Of a DNA stretch of 64,000 nt, positions 13,601 to 25,230 are shown in pieces (position 1 is the first letter of the stretch; the number at the start of each line of letters is the position of its first letter). The position numbers and the translations under genes were made by a program. Location: assembly GCA_030248215.1 (NCBI GenBank), contig JASANG010003752.1, positions 682,001 to 746,000 of the forward strand. Reading direction: 5' to 3'. The notes beneath the pieces were generated by a model. That model worked only from the letters and a program-made list of their open reading frames with translations, was not told the DNA's origin and did no database searches. This DNA comes from Enoplolaimus lenunculus. Lineage: Eukaryota.

Positions 13601-14243
13601 TCAGCATGTTTTAATACCAGGATGTAACCGAATATTCGTTTTCGTTTCTGTTTCCGTTAAAAATCGGTTTCCGTTTTCGTTTCCGTTAAAGAAATGCCGG
13701 AAATTCAGTTATTTCTATGCTCAAAAATTAATTGTAAATTACGTATACATCTCGCAATTTGTTATTGCAGGTATGACACGAGTGTTTGAAATAGAATATA
13801 TATTACGAAATTGATCTAAAATCTTTATTTTTTCTGGTGTATCCGCTATTTTTCTTTAAATTTTACAAAGCCCGATGAATATTTGCATACCTCAATTGTG
13901 TTGGCAGAAAAATAAACATCTTTGAAACTTTTATACTTAAGTATCCGTTTTTCGTTTCCGTTTCAGTGATTTTGATAAATATCCGTTTCAGTGCTCGTTA
14001 ATTTTACTATCCGGTTACACCCTGTGACTGAAAATGAATTAGTAAAAAATTGTTAGAATTTTTATTTATAGTTAGGTATCTCAATAACGTTTTCGTTGAT
14101 TTTCAGGTCTACCTGGCGATGCCGGTCAGCGTGGCCGAGATGGTCAACCCGGCCTTAACGGCGAACGAGGTCCACCCGGTCCAGATGGCGCTGTCGGCTC
14201 ATGTGACCATTGTCCAGCAGCTCGGTTGGCTCCTGGCTATTAG
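10675..14243 (+). CDS. Nematode cuticle collagen, copy 1 (5 exons, 309 aa)
   Basis: Exons 10675-10705, 11032-11180, 12060-12222, 12993-13442 and 14107-14243; all introns are GT..AG and phases are consistent (930 nt). It has a cuticle-collagen N-terminal hydrophobic domain ([33 protein letters not shown]), CCTC before the Gly-X-Y blocks, an internal CPC, and the C-terminus [14 protein letters not shown]. Confidence 0.93.
12412..12631. mobile_element. Palindromic MITE family A in collagen 1 intron 3
   Basis: Long inverted arms, TA on both sides, repeated gagtcaaatt(c)gactc units. Confidence 0.85.
13618..14024 (+). mobile_element. CAGG-ended non-autonomous element with internal ttccgt/ttccgg repeats (hAT-like)
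   Basis: caggatgtaaccg ... ccggttacaccctg. A related copy is at ~36842-37191; similar elements are at ~2309-2866 and ~7391-7793. Confidence 0.6.
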
Positions 14244-17065
14244 AGCGATCCGGTCATCAATCGTATAATGTCATTTTCACGCATTTGACCTCAACGCTAA
14301 ACAACCATACCGCACGTATTATCAAACATATATTACTTATCCCGGTGTTTACTGACAAATAGTATGCCCTGTTCACCCTTAGTATCATACTAGTTTCCCC
14401 AAACGCGTTTTGGCCGTTCTGAATTATAAAGTCATATTAAATAAAACTTCATAGAAAAAGCTAAACTTTGCTTCTAAACTAATTCTAAGTTAAGCAGTAT
14501 CATGAAACGAACATTTTCTAACAAAAAATATTAATCACGTTGTCAGAAATTCAACCCCAGTCGAAATCTGAAAAGCTTCAGTTGTAGCTGACTTTTCACC
14601 TTTGATAAAAATTCAGAACTCGCCATTTTGTCGCGCGTATTTATTCAAAAAGCATACTTTATACATTTCAAGCATTCAATATAGTTATTATATATATTTT
14701 ACTTAGTTTTTAGACATCAGTACGTCTTATTATTTCTATCGTTTAGTTTCCATTCTTTTCTCTTTTTTCAGCATTGTTAACGCGATAAATGTGATTGGAA
14801 GGTATTAACTGTTTTAATGTTATTAACATTGTTAAATTGCGTTCTTGTTAATATATTTTTTGTTGATTTACGGCCAGAGTTGATCTCTGTATTGTTAATA
14901 TATCTATTTAAACAGCATATCCGTTGCACTGTTCCGTATGGCATTTTAGCTGATATAGATGGCTTTCGGTGCATTTTCGACCCATAAACATCAGGGGCGA
15001 ATTTCTGCACGGTTGCAAACGAATAAGCTTAAGCTTTCGACTATTTTTTCCTCAGGCTTAGGCTTACGTATAAACTCATAGTTACGCGTAGGCTTTGGCT
15101 TGGGCTTAAGCTAAGACATATGCATATACTAATGGTACGGCCGTGTTCTGAAGTATTGTCAGCATTTTCTGACCAGAATTTAATTAATTTTCAAAAAAAT
15201 ATAATTTAAAGTAAAAAAACTCGACATATTTTTACGTGAAAACTGTTTTGGAACAAACACATAGCAAATTGAACCGAAAAAATATATTAATCAAAATTAG
15301 TAATATTTTGAGAAAATTATTTGTTTTTCGTTGCAGTTTCGTATGCCAGCGGTCAGTGTAACTGTATAACTGGGTCTGTGCAGATAACAATGTTACCTGT
15401 TCTGTAATGTTTTGCGCATACATTTTATCGTTTTTGGTTATTTGTTATGGCGGTTTAACACCGTTTTTGTTTCGTTTTTCATTCAAGTAAAAGCTAAAAA
15501 AATTGCAGTTCTTTCTTGCAGAGTTGTGGAAAGTGAACCAACGCTTGACACTTATGAAAAAGGTAATGGGATGCTAGAAAACATGAAAATAGATACAAGA
15601 TCACAAAAATGGCCAATGTTACTTTTATAGGGCCGTAACAGTTGATTAACAATGGTCCTAACTTTAAGCCTAAGCGTTGCAAATGTATATTCCTAAGTGT
15701 AAGGTCAAGCCTAAGCCTAAAAGCCTTGGCAAAAATTTAGTCTAGAATCTAAGCCTACTCTTTTACACACCCACCAGAAACCGGGACGCCCCTAAAGGTA
15801 GTATAGGCTAACAAAAATTCTGACAAACGTTTAATGATAGAGCAAGCACTAAAAACCTTAATGCAAAATTTTGGTTTGGATTTCATTGTAATCTCGTGTT
15901 TTGCAGAGTCTATTACGAGAACAAGGTGAAGGTCTACATTTTGCTGCAGCCGTGGCGGGTTTTGAACCCACGTTTGCGAAATATCAAGGGGTTTTATGCA
16001 AAATTGAATGAATGCAAAAACTGAACATAAAGACTTCGTCCTGCTTAGACGTTGTTTGTCTCTTAGTCCCAGAACACAAAAATGAAGTACACTGCAAAAA
16101 ATGGTAAGTCAAATTGTCTTTCTCAGTGAGTCGAATTTGACTCTGGTGCAGTCGAATTTGACTCAGTTTGTGTAGTCCGGAAAAGCCTATTTCGGAAAGA
16201 GTGAATTTGACTCACCATTTTTTGCAGTGTAGTATGGTAGTAAAATTATCAACCTAACTAAAAAAATGAACGTTAAGATTGAATTCGAAGCAAATTCAAA
16301 TATAAGATCAATATTAAGATTGTTCAAATTTTCACGAAAGCAGTACAACAGCATCCATTGCAACATCTGAAAGCGGCTTTCATGTCAATGTAAAAGACAT
16401 ATGCAAGTAAAAGAAATTTGACAGGCTTACATTCTGATCATTACGATGAATTGTTTATTAAAGTTTAATTAAACAAAATAATTTTGCAAGCGAACAGATG
16501 CTACTGTGCTTGAGTTCTACCTTTAGACAACTGGCTTTAACCAACGATAACCTTGACCTCTGCCCTAAACAGAGATCAAATGAAAAATCTGTGTTATCAT
16601 TTTGTACTTAAATTCTGTTTGGCTTCTGGTTCGCTTCACTCCCGCGCTTTTTTGTACTATCATATGTTGCACAAGCCCCGCCGGAATATCTACATTCGCC
16701 GCTGCAGTTTCGGACAGTAAATGAAAACATTTTTCGTTTGTAAAAATGATGCTAACAAATATTGTTAAAATACTTTATGAATAAGGACTCTGATAAGCTG
16801 AGTCGAACGGTAGCCAAATTGAGACCAACGGGGCCAGCGTCACTAGAAAAAATTTACTTGTCACAGAAAAGTTAGCTACGTTTGTAGCTTATGTGAAATC
16901 TTCGCATGTCCGTTCGAAATTTCGTTTGGTCGCCCAAAACACCTTGATCTGGCCGTACATAACGTAAACTACTTTAGCAGTGTTTTATTGAGCTTCAACG
17001 CAGCTGCATTTTTTAATTAGGATAAACGCGTTTTAGCACATCAGTGCGTTTAATTTCCATCTTTT

Positions 17066-17230
17066 GGCCCATGTAAACATCAGGGGTGGAGGGTTTTTCT
17101 GTCGGACTAGAAAAGGATAAGCTTAAGCGTTAAACTAATTTTTTGCTTGGCTTAGGCTTAAGCTTAGGCTTAGTCCTAGGCTTAGGCATATGCTTATAAT
17201 ACTGTTCCGTCCCTGTTCTTTACATTGGCC
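17066..17230 (+). mobile_element. TTAGGC-carrying MITE, subfamily 1
   Basis: TIR ggcccatgtaaacatcagggg / cccctgttctttacattggcc, perfect TSD catctttt, internal ttaggc repeats. Related copies are at 1-121 (partial), ~14980-15146, 17987-18203, 39681-39890, 48751-48953, 52407-52625 and ~54601-54775. Confidence 0.85.
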
Positions 17231-18672
17231 CATCTTTTTTACACAAACCAGACCATGACATTTGGCGTCCAAGGTAAAAAATTGCAACGCCATGAGGTGT
17301 TTCAAACTCACTGGCGGACACGTGCGTCCCCACGAGGGGGCACTGGGGGACAGTGCCCCCACAAATTAGGTTGTTGTCCTCCAAATTGACTCGGTCTAAA
17401 TGTAAACAATCTTGAGTTGCCACTGCAGGGGCGTGGCAAAATTATTCGGTTGCCTCCAAACGCAATTTTCTGCGGCCGCCCAAGCTGATGGATCTAAAGA
17501 GGACAACTTCGGCCTAGAGCGCCCGACAAAGGTCAAAACCAACATTTTCTATCAATGTTTAGCAATAAAACTAAGTTTTGCTTCTCGCTTGTTTTCGTCG
17601 CAGGTTTTGCCGACTATTTTATCTCGCGTCCTTTTTAGAAATGTCTGAATCAACCATGATTCAAACCATAACGCATTCAATAAGCAATAATTGTTTAATA
17701 ATGAGGTTATGTGACAGCAAACACAACAACACGTGAAAAGCGCAGCTGGTAACTAATATACAGAGTAAGCGGCCCATGTTACTTTAAGGGACGTCCAGGT
17801 TTCTGGTGTGTCTATAAAAGAGTAGGTTTAGATTGTAGATTACATTTTTTGCTTAGGCTTAGGCGTAGGCTAAAGAATACGTTTAATTTGCGGCCTGGTG
17901 CAGCATATTAATCAGCTGATGAACTTCAAGTTGGGTTGATATGCTATACTAAAGTTTTTTATCTACAAGACTCTCTTACATTTTATGGCCCGTGTAAAGA
18001 TCAGGGGCGGATAGTTTTTCAATAGGATTAGAATAGAGTACGCTTACGCTTTAGACTAATTTTTTTGCTTGGCTTACGCTTAGGCCTAAGTTTAGGCTTA
18101 GGAATATGCTCATTCTTACGCTTATGTTTAGGCTTAGGCTTAATAGGCTTAGGTTTAGGAATACGCAAATAATACTGTTCTGCCCCTGTTATCTACATTG
18201 GCCCATTTCATGACGCCATTTCAGTGTTTTCGGCCAAAAGTAGCAGCTGCAAGTTCTTCCTGTCAAAAAATTGCTCGTGAAAATTACAACTGTGAGTTGC
18301 AAATAACAATTGACAATGATAAGCGTCATTAATCATTTGTCATAAAGCCTTAGGGCATGCTTATTTAATGATTACAGATACTCAGGACATTTATATCACA
18401 ACTTACATGACGTCCATCACGTCGGTAACTTGGCGGAATGGCGCGGATCACAACGGGGTCCCCACGAAAATTATCCGCCGGGTGGGGTATGGTGGGGTCG
18501 AAAATTCTTACCCCGTGACATCTCTGGATATTCTAGTAACTAATATATTTGCACATGCATGGAACTTCTTTCGACTAGTCGCGTAATATTAGCAGCAATT
18601 ACTGTAGATGATATGAATGATATTGAAGAACATGAGGTAACTTTACACAATGGCAGGAAGCTCCAGTCGTCT

Positions 18673-18833
18673 CGGGCCCGTAGCCAAGGGGGGGCAGGGG
18701 GCTCAACCCCCCCTGAAAATTTTTGGGCTTCCCAGAAAGTTTTCAACCTTGCTTGTAACTCAATGAAAACCCTTGAATGCCCCTCCTGAAAAAATTTAGC
18801 ACCCCCTACCAAGGTGAGCTGGCTACGGGCCTG
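18673..18833 (+). mobile_element. hAT-like MITE family E
   Basis: TIR c(a/g)ggcccgtagcca / tggctacgggcctg with 8-bp TSD agtcgtct/agtcgact. Related copies are at ~59540-59707, ~33311-33477, and partial ones at ~58603 and ~125-207. Confidence 0.75.
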
Positions 18834-19074
18834 AGTCGACTACGGATTTTTGAATGTATTCGGGTATTATATGCGTACAAAATATTACCTAACCGCAATA
18901 ATCTATTAGGCACAAACCATAATTTAAGCTGTTCCGATTAATGTGGGCAACGCAATGGGTACAATAAACCCCCATATGCATGCTTGGCTGAAATGCTTAA
19001 GCGTTTCTCTGCAAAGCACGGTTGAAAACTATAAAAGCAAAGGGGTGAGGCTATATTTTCCGTGCAGATCTGTG

Positions 19075-19266
19075 GGCCCATGTTACTTTAAAGGCGCGTC
19101 CACGTTTCTGGTGGGTCTACAAAAGAGTAGTTTTAGATTCTAGATTACATTTTTTTGCATAGGCTTAGGCTTAGGCTTAGAAACACACTTTGGCAACGCT
19201 TAGGCTTAGGCTTAGGCTTAGGAATACGCTTAATCTACTGTTACGCCTCTTAAAGTAACATTGGCC
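19075..19266 (+). mobile_element. TTAGGC-carrying MITE, subfamily 2
   Basis: TIR ggcccatgttactttaa / ttaaagtaacattggcc, TSD gatctgtg/gatctgcg, internal (ttaggc)n. Related copies are at 52118-52315 (TSD gttcaatg), ~15611-15795, ~17771-17895, ~40590-40728, ~49594-49768 and ~53319-53508. Confidence 0.85.
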
Positions 19267-20180
19267 GATCTGCGCGTTGCTGTCCGCCACCGTGTGTTAT
19301 CGTCAAGGATAGGGCTAAATTATGCGTGCGGTAAAGTGCGTCGTAGTCCGTCGCTGTGCGTTTATCATGCGTGAGTATTAAATGCGCATACGACAATGAC
19401 CGCGGACGGACGATGATGAATGGCAACAGACTGCGACGGACGACAATATAATTTTTAAAAAAGTGTAGCGTTGCCCTTCAAATGTCCGAATCTGAAGTAT
19501 CCAAATGTGCCAAGATTTGGCACTTCAGGGTTGGCTGAACCCTCACCTTTACCATATTCCAGTATCATGTGGGTATATATGTAATCTTGTCGGACGTTCT
19601 CGCAAAAACCATAAAAATCGTGTGTCATTGATATACAAATTACCGTTATCTCAGACTTTTACCGCATTCAAAACTCTTAAAACTATCGTTTACAACTACA
19701 AGGTAGAACAAAGTTTAATATAAAAATCTCGTCAAAATGTACTTAATATATTAACAGTCAGTGATTAACCACCACGCGACCTTGTTTTTGAGTAAAATTT
19801 CATTTTTCAAACAATATCGCTTTCAATTTAAAATCAAACTCTGGTGTCTGCAATTTCAAAGTTGATTTTCACTTTATGTAATGTTTCTGTAAAATATGGT
19901 AATTGCGTTTGATCGTGATTTCAATTTACACATAGCCTATATTTATATATATATATAAACATACATACATACATATATATGTATATATACATATATATTA
20001 TTTATTATTTATTTATTTATTTATTTATTTATGTATATATTGTTTTCTCCAGTTGCTCAATTTTGTGATTTAAAAGCGTTTCAGGAGTTGGCATATTCAG
20101 TAATATATTATTTAACGTCGCGCATTTTGTGTATATACAACTAACTATCTTGCGAACCACAGATCTAGTGACTGCGTTCA

Positions 20181-23100
20181 ATGGCCGACCTAGAAGAAGC
20201 ACTGAAACAAAGTGAGTGTTTGAATTTGATTTGGAAGCGCATGATTTACTTTTTTGTAAATTCGAAACTTTAATCAAACATTTTTTCCGATCAGCGGAAT
20301 CTTCTAAAGCTAAATAATTAAGAAAACACATATTGCCAACTTCTGACGATCAGTTAGCGTTGCAAAATATTGTGTAAGACATTGTTGGTCGCGGACGCAT
20401 CCACACGTCTGTCTCGCTTTCGAGGCTTCATTACTTTAGGAATTTACAATAATTCAAGGTTTGAGATTGAATTGACGGCAGAGAACAAACTCCTGCAGGC
20501 TATTTGCTACATCGAAAGAGTTTAGTGTACACGTAAAATCAATAGAAGCCGATTTACAATTTGGGGCGTAACCATGATATCTGAATGAAAGGATTGCGTT
20601 GTATCATCTCAATTTCAAACGGGGTTCTTGTGTTACCTAATTAAAAGCTACTGAAAAACAGCTGGACAACAACTCGCAGCAGGTAGGATTTGAACCTAAA
20701 AGCTATTGTGGTTACTTGCTGGTTTCCAACCCATTTATAGAATCAAACGATTTTGGTTTTAGACCGTTCGCAATAGCTGCTAAAAATGAAACCGTTTTAA
20801 TGAGTCCTTTTCGAAACCAGACCAATATCAGGTTTACAATTAAATGCTATAAAACGAAATATTTTGTTTCCAGGCCGCTCGCAACAGTTGCGGCTGGTTG
20901 CATTTATTGCGACAACGCTTAGCACCGTCGCAGTAACAGCATGTCTGATTACGTTTCCAATGGTAATCAGCTACGTTCAAACATTACAAGCTGAAATTGA
21001 TGGTGAAGTTACGTACTGTATGGTAAGAGTTTGAACTCTCTGTTCAGTTGGAATTTATTACTTTTGCCACTCTCTAAAAGCTTAAACTAACTTGATTTAG
21101 CTTTAGCTAATCCAGCAGTATTAAACTAACTTTCTAGAATAACTGAACTAACTGGTAGGTTTGCGCTTAAACTAATTTAAAATCTTACGTATTTTTAGTT
21201 TATGCGAAACTTAGTGAACTCTTTGGTACGCATAATTTCTGGGTTGCACTTGTTACTTAAACTAAAAATAAGTTGACTTAAACTCGTGTTAAGCTTAAAA
21301 ATATGCTAGTTTAAGTGAAACTTAAAATTCTAGTTTATTCAGTCCGTCCAGCCATTTGAGTTTTACTTAAACTAATATTCAAGTTTAGTTAAGCTATAAT
21401 TTAAGTTTAAGTTTTTAGAGAGCATTACGTTTAGGAGTATGCCTTGCCTTATGATGGAACATTTGCCGTAGATTCGATTTTTTAATTCGATAACATCTTA
21501 TTCAATGTAGCAGTGATTTTAAAGTGTATTTCTAGGGCAAATCGCGTGACATCGTCCGACGTATGGCAGAACTCGCTCAAACCGACGACAAAACAGAAGG
21601 CTCAACGATGGCTCGTCTTGTGAGCATTTTGAACGCAGCGGATCCGAATGTGAAAACGGAACATTTCTTGCAGAAACGTCAAGCGTTCGACTTTGCTTGT
21701 AAGTAGAATTTAAATATTCTACACGTCGGAAAATTGTAATACATGAATCGCAGTTGAAATTAAATTCATTATTTGTATAAAAATATATCACCTGAGCCTC
21801 AAATTGCTTGTCTTGTTGTCTGCTCTGGGTTCGTTTACGGTGTCTTGATTATCGATAAGGTTGTTTTCCATTGAGCCTCCGCCAATATCCATTTGCCTCA
21901 AAATGAATGGATTTCAAAAATAAATTATTGCATATTTGAACGTCTCATAACGGATAATTTAAATCTTTTAAAAGTTTATATTTAAGGTGCTGGGGTTGCT
22001 CGAGGGAACGAAATTTTTTATTCGAATTGTAAGCGAATGTAATGTGAAAATTAAGATTAAAGACAGTCCCAGTTTAAAAGCGAATTTTTTTATGGTTGCT
22101 GCGATGTGTTCGCCGCATTTTAGCTCCAATCATTCAGCTTCAGTGTTTCAGCCGAAACGCATAATCATATATACCGTGAAAATTAATTAGATGCTTTTAT
22201 TTTGACAGGTTGTACTTGCCACCGTGGCCTACCAGGACCGCCAGGCCTCGATGGTCGTAGTGGCAGAGACGGCGTGGATGGTGACATGGGCCGGCCTGGA
22301 GAAAATGGCCGACCAGCCACGTTTACTCTGCCAGACCGAATTTTTCCACCGCAATGCCCGTGTGAGGCTGACCAAGGGCCGCCTGGCCCGCAAGGAGAAA
22401 AAGGCCAACCAGGTAACCCAGGCCGAGATGCCACTCCAGGCGAACGAGGTACCGACGGCTCACCTGGGCCACCTGGACCACCAGGGCCACAGGGCAGCAT
22501 TGGTGAACCAGGCCCTAAAGGTCGACCCGGACCTGCTGGCAGTTTGCGAGACGTTGCTGGTCAACCCGGCCCGCCAGGCCCGCCTGGACCACCTGGACCA
22601 CCAGGTCCAAATGGAAAAGATGGCGAAAGAGGCCGAGATGGTGCAATAGGCTCTATTGGTAGGTCTACTGGATGTTTTATTGCCAGTAGCAAAGATATAT
22701 TTTGAAAAAATAAACGCTGGAATAAAATAACAAAAAGTTGAAAAACAAGATTAACTTTAACTTCAAATTCAATTGAGAATGTGTTTATTTTTGACAACAT
22801 CTAAAACACTGCATTGTCAGAACGTATTATGTACGCGAGTTATCGGCAAACTTCCTAAAACTAAAAATCAAAATTTCAATAAAATTCAAATTAAACTTCT
22901 TAGTCAAAAACAGCATCTAAAACATTATCGCAGTCAAAAAACTGCAAAATAAATAAGCTAACTATAGCGGCCAAAATAGGAGGCAGGATTGATATTTATT
23001 TTGCCTCTCCAGAGGGTGCATCCTGTTACTCGGATACGGACAGTTGTTTATTTTTAATTTACCATGGATTATCTGGACCCAACACACTTCTTTTCTATAT

Positions 23101-24124
23101 CCTTTTTGTGCAAATATGACTTGCTCCTAAGTAAGTTTTCGATTGCCGTTCCCGTTAATGTTTTGTTCTAGATTTAGTAAAATTTATGCAGGTCGTCTGA
23201 GTGTCTGTTACATATTTGAGCTTGCAAAGTCATTCTTCTCCTCTGACCTCTTTTATATACACTAATAAGATTCTATTCACTAGCGGTCTGTATTCAGGGA
23301 TACGGAATCATATTGATTGGGAACTTATCATGAGACCATCTCTTATTACGTCCTCTTATTCGGGCCACTGGATTACGAGACGGTACAATTACCTATACCA
23401 AGAGTGGATGATCACTCTTTATAACAAGAGTGTGCAACTGGGTACATTCTGTGTATTAAAGAATGTACCCGGCACGTGTTGCGTTTTTGGCCTACCCCCC
23501 CCCCTTTGTTTACGGGGGAGTATTAAGACAATAGCATTATAAACCGTTACCATTGTTAGTGTGATTAAACAACATAGTTGACCCCCCTACCTTAAATGAG
23601 GGGGGTAGGTGTACTGGAGCATACTTTATTGTTAATCTCTTGCTTAACCCCCCCCCCTTGATTGAGGGGGCGGTAGAACAAAAATGCAACGCGTGCTGGT
23701 ACATTTAGTACCATGCACAGCCCAAGCAGTTGCACGCTTTTCTACAAGGTGGACATCATCCACTCTTGCCTATATTCATTCAAATAAATAAGAGTTGTTA
23801 AAGATCAGTTGCGTACCTTCCAGGAATTTCTTTTGGAGAGAGAATGACGGACTTTAGATCGTTGCCTCTCCGGAAATTTCAGAACGGGATATTTATCTTT
23901 CAATCCCTCCCTTTGTTGACGCCCCTGGTTATGAGCAGTGAGCTAAGCTTAAATAACTGTTTCAATAATGTTTTCTTTACTTTTCAGGTCTGCCTGGCGA
24001 TGCTGGTCAACGCGGCCGAGACGGTCAACCCGGTCTTAACGGCGAACGAGGTCCACCCGGTCCAGATGGCGCAGTTGGTTCATGTGACCATTGTCCGGCT
24101 GCTCGATTGGCTCCTGGCTATTAG
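20181..24124 (+). CDS. Nematode cuticle collagen, copy 2 (tandem paralog, 5 exons, 309 aa)
   Basis: Exons 20181-20211, 20874-21022, 21536-21698, 22209-22658 and 23988-24124. Exon lengths and phases are identical to copy 1, with the same cysteine pattern and C-terminus. Confidence 0.93.
21070..21422. mobile_element. MITE in collagen 2 intron 2, absent from collagen 1
   Basis: ctctctaaaagcttaaact ... agtttaagtttttagagag inverted termini with internal aaactaa/ttagttt units. Confidence 0.7.
23398..23769. mobile_element. MITE with caagagtggatgat/atcatccactcttg termini
   Basis: Inverted termini and internal C/G-run inverted repeats; related copies at ~24477-24822 and ~60636-60876. Confidence 0.65.
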
Positions 24125-25011
24125 GACCACCCTGGTTTTTAATTGTAAAACGTTCAAAAACTAATTTCATTACTGAAAAGTAATAATTTTGAACAAAACC
24201 GTTACTAAAACCAAACTAGTGCAAATATGGGAACGTCTAAACTTTTCTCGCTAAGCTTAAGCCTAAGCCTAAACCTAAACCTATCAGATGCCAAAATCTA
24301 AAATTTTTTAAAACTTTGGGGTAGGTGTAGGCGCTAACTTCTAATCATTTGCCCGATAAGCTTAAGTCTAAGCTCAAGCCTAACTAATAACAAATCAGAA
24401 AATTTCCAAAACTGTGGGGTAGGTAAAGACGCTCACTTCTAAACTTTTCTCCGCCAAGCCTAAGCCTAAGTCTTACCAAGAGTGCATGACACCCTTTAAC
24501 AAGAGTAATGCAACTGGGTATACATTCTGTTTGCAAAAGAATGTACCCAGCGCGCGTTGCATTTTTGGCTTATCCCTCCCCCCCATATTTGGGGGGGGGG
24601 TCAAAATCTTTATTGCTGTTGAAATTCATGTGCTGATACATATACTGAAAAGTAGTCCGATTACATTTTCGGTATCGGTTGGCCGTTACACATGAAATGA
24701 ACGTAAAATTGACCCCCCCCCAAATGAGGGGGTAGGATCAAAAAGCAACCAGCGCTGGTAGATTTAGTTCCATGCAAAACAAGGCTTTTCGCATTACTCT
24801 TGTTTAACGGCATCATCGACTCATAGTGTTACTAATGTCAAAATCTGAAAATTTCGATAACTGTGAGGGAAGGTTACACAAGAGCAAAAATATGGTTGTC
24901 TCACTCTGTATGGCCCATACATCGTAACGGCAGTAATCCTTTAATTACAAAAACCATCAGAGGTGAGCTTATAAGCATTCAGGAAATGCGATTTTGCAGC
25001 GGCAACATGGA

Positions 25012-25230
25012 GCCGTATTCATAAATGTGTGTAGCACCTATCACCAGTTGATGATAGGTCTTGTAACTTCCGAACCAGTGCATGATGAGCTTTCAAATTC
25101 AGCACATTTTTCGCATTTGATTTGCTCTATTTCTGTGCCAATTTTTTAGATCCGCAATTGCAGAAGTTCGTCAGTTAGAAAACCTATCGCTAACTGGTGA
25201 TAGATATTATTCGCATTTGAGAATACTGGC
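25012..25230 (+). mobile_element. MITE family G (gcc..tattctcaaatgcgtgtagcacctatc)
   Basis: Inverted ends; related copies at ~34495-34660, ~46420-46630, ~56738-56835 and ~60399-60600. Confidence 0.65.

Noticed and set aside
20676..20698. tRNA 3'-half-like fragments on the minus strand (also ~15945-15972)
   Set aside because: Only a B-box/T-arm-like stretch with no 5' half; too short to call.
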